From an uncultured Eubacteriales bacterium (GTDB lineage: Bacteria; Acidobacteriota; Aminicenantia; Aminicenantales; UBA8522): DNA of 35,954 bases. Under the pieces are notes generated by a model. The model did not search any database and was not told where the DNA came from. It saw nothing but the letters and a program-made list of their open reading frames with translations. The DNA is taken from positions 1-35,954 of the forward strand of contig CAZKBY010000002.1 of NCBI GenBank assembly GCA_964550915.1. Direction: 5' to 3'. The position numbers and the translations under genes are program-made. Of this stretch, positions 35,022 through 35,954 are shown one piece after another (within the stretch, counting starts at the first letter, position 1; each line of letters begins with the position of its first letter).

Positions 35022-35954
35022 GTGACAACAGAAAGGAAGGCCTTTTATCTTCTGCCCATCCTGCTCGCTTTCGCCTTTGTTCTCATCCGGGCAGTTACGA
35101 AGACTGGACCAAGCTATGCCCAGAATCTTCCTCTGTGGTGGGAAATCATCCTGGGCCTTAAGACGCACGGCGAGTACAGGCTCGAGACAAGAGAGAGAAA
35201 GTTTTCGGGCAGTTATACCTGCGCCTTCCTTTGGCAGGGCTCAATGGAGCGCGACGACCACGACTACCTTCTCTATCCCCTGGACTGCGACCTCAGCACC
35301 TGGGACGCGCAAGAAACGGCCTGGGCCTCGAATGCCGTCACGGTCTATACGACAGGTGACTTCAAGGACAGGCCCTCCTTCATCTTCAATTACATCTTCC
35401 GGAAGGGCCATGAACTCCATCTCGACTTTAGCGTCAACGGGATCGTCATTCCCCAGGCCGAAGGCCCGGAAAGCGTCCTCCTCTTCTTCCCCTCTTCAGC
35501 GGAGAACAGCCAGCGCCATGAGGAGATAAGTTACAACAACTTCGTGACCAAGGGATCTAACAGCATTGCCCTTGAAGAAGCTGACATCTACACTGGCCGC
35601 CTGGAAAAGACCTATTCCTGGACCTGGAAGAATCAAAGGTGGACGCTCAGGCAGCAGCAGACAATCTTCTCTTCCCACTCCCATGAGGTCGAAGTCAAAC
35701 TCACGATCATTCCGCATCTCGCCCGGCGGGAAAAATCTACTAAATATATAATTTTTATACAATCTATAGAAACTGTAATTCCCATCTCCCATCCCCCCCG
35801 TAGCCGTTCGCCAGGGCCAACAAGCTCCGGTCTTCAACCGAATCTCGTGAAAAGCCCGGACCGGGCCTCAGGCGCGAGGGTGGTACTTTTCGTAGACCTG
35901 ACGAAGTCTTGCCCGGCTGATGTGAGTGTAAATCTGGGTGGTCGTGATCTGACT
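35022..35954 (+). CDS. Secreted hypothetical protein; ORF has no stop codon before the window end
   Basis: Hand translation from GTG 35022 gives VTTERKAFYLLPILLAFAFVLIRAVTKTGPSYA (signal peptide), then beta-rich sequence ...SHSHEVEVKLTIIPHLARREKSTKY. The frame stays open through AT-rich DNA and the antisense of the recombinase gene. Not in the track because it lacks a stop. The true C-terminus is probably near 35745. Confidence 0.5.
   Translation, partial: MTTERKAFYLLPILLAFAFVLIRAVTKTGPSYAQNLPLWWEIILGLKTHGEYRLETRERKFSGSYTCAFLWQGSMERDDHDYLLYPLDCDLSTWDAQETAWASNAVTVYTTGDFKDRPSFIFNYIFRKGHELHLDFSVNGIVIPQAEGPESVLLFFPSSAENSQRHEEISYNNFVTKGSNSIALEEADIYTGRLEKTYSWTWKNQRWTLRQQQTIFSSHSHEVEVKLTIIPHLARREKSTKYIIFIQSIETVIPISHPPRSRSPGPTSSGLQPNLVKSPDRASGARVVLFVDLTKSCPADVSVNLGGRDLT
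35868..35954 (-). CDS. C-terminal 28 codons of a tyrosine recombinase (XerC/XerD/integrase family), truncated by the right window edge
   Basis: The minus strand reads SQITTTQIYTHISRARLRQVYEKYHPRA*. This matches the conserved C-terminus of the family, including the catalytic Tyr in QIYTH and the terminal HPRA. Confidence 0.75.
   Translation of the reverse strand, partial: SQITTTQIYTHISRARLRQVYEKYHPRA

Noticed and set aside
22997-35798. Shared 11-mer CCATCCCCCCC next to tRNA-Leu (about 22997-23007) and next to the recombinase gene (about 35788-35798); considered as att sites of a 12.8-kb island spanning barrel gene to efflux operon.
   Set aside because: The match is low-complexity poly-C. It lies upstream of the tRNA 5' end rather than in its 3' half. 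It would leave the recombinase outside the island. There is no extended identity around the 11-mer.
1-35954. CRISPR arrays, rRNA genes, tandem repeat arrays, retron- or DGR-type reverse-transcriptase loci.
   Set aside because: Reading the intergenic regions showed no regularly spaced repeats, rRNA-like sequence or reverse-transcriptase motifs. A computational repeat search would be needed for certainty.

Overview
Chromosomal segment of a diderm, probably uncultivated bacterium. All calls come from hand translation and motif recognition; no searches were run. The housekeeping core is lepA-mtnA-tsaD (- strand), tatA-methyltransferase-ROK kinase (+ strand) and tRNA-Leu(CAG). It is flanked by envelope genes. 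These include a GT2 polyprenyl-phosphate sugar synthase, two GT-C-type membrane glycosyltransferases and a secreted repeat/SGNH/Fn3 hydrolase. There is also a zinc-ribbon Ser/Thr kinase with a periplasmic domain and TPR tail, a TonB-like protein, lipoproteins, an outer-membrane barrel candidate, and a TetR-TolC-MFP-RND efflux operon. Four things stand out. (1) A 1,496-bp unit bounded by a 25/26-nt direct repeat was inserted exactly where the tails of the 800-aa membrane protein gene and tsaD once overlapped. It regenerates both 3' ends and carries an AAA_14/DUF4143 ATPase plus an IS91-like transposase scrap. (2) An orphan bacterial eRF1/Pelota/Vms1-like protein with a GGWQG variant of the GGQ loop and a zinc ribbon lies beside a truncated rve transposase. 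(3) A ~150-nt GC-rich nested inverted-repeat element that I could not match to any RNA family sits in a divergent intergenic region. (4) A translationally coupled JAB/MPN peptidase plus split tandem-GNAT module has no ubiquitin-like partner. Three window-edge ORFs missing from the supplied track were recovered by hand: a 5'-truncated gene at 2-343, a signal-peptide ORF from 35022 with no stop, and the C-terminus of a tyrosine recombinase at 35868-35954. No CRISPR array or rRNA was seen.
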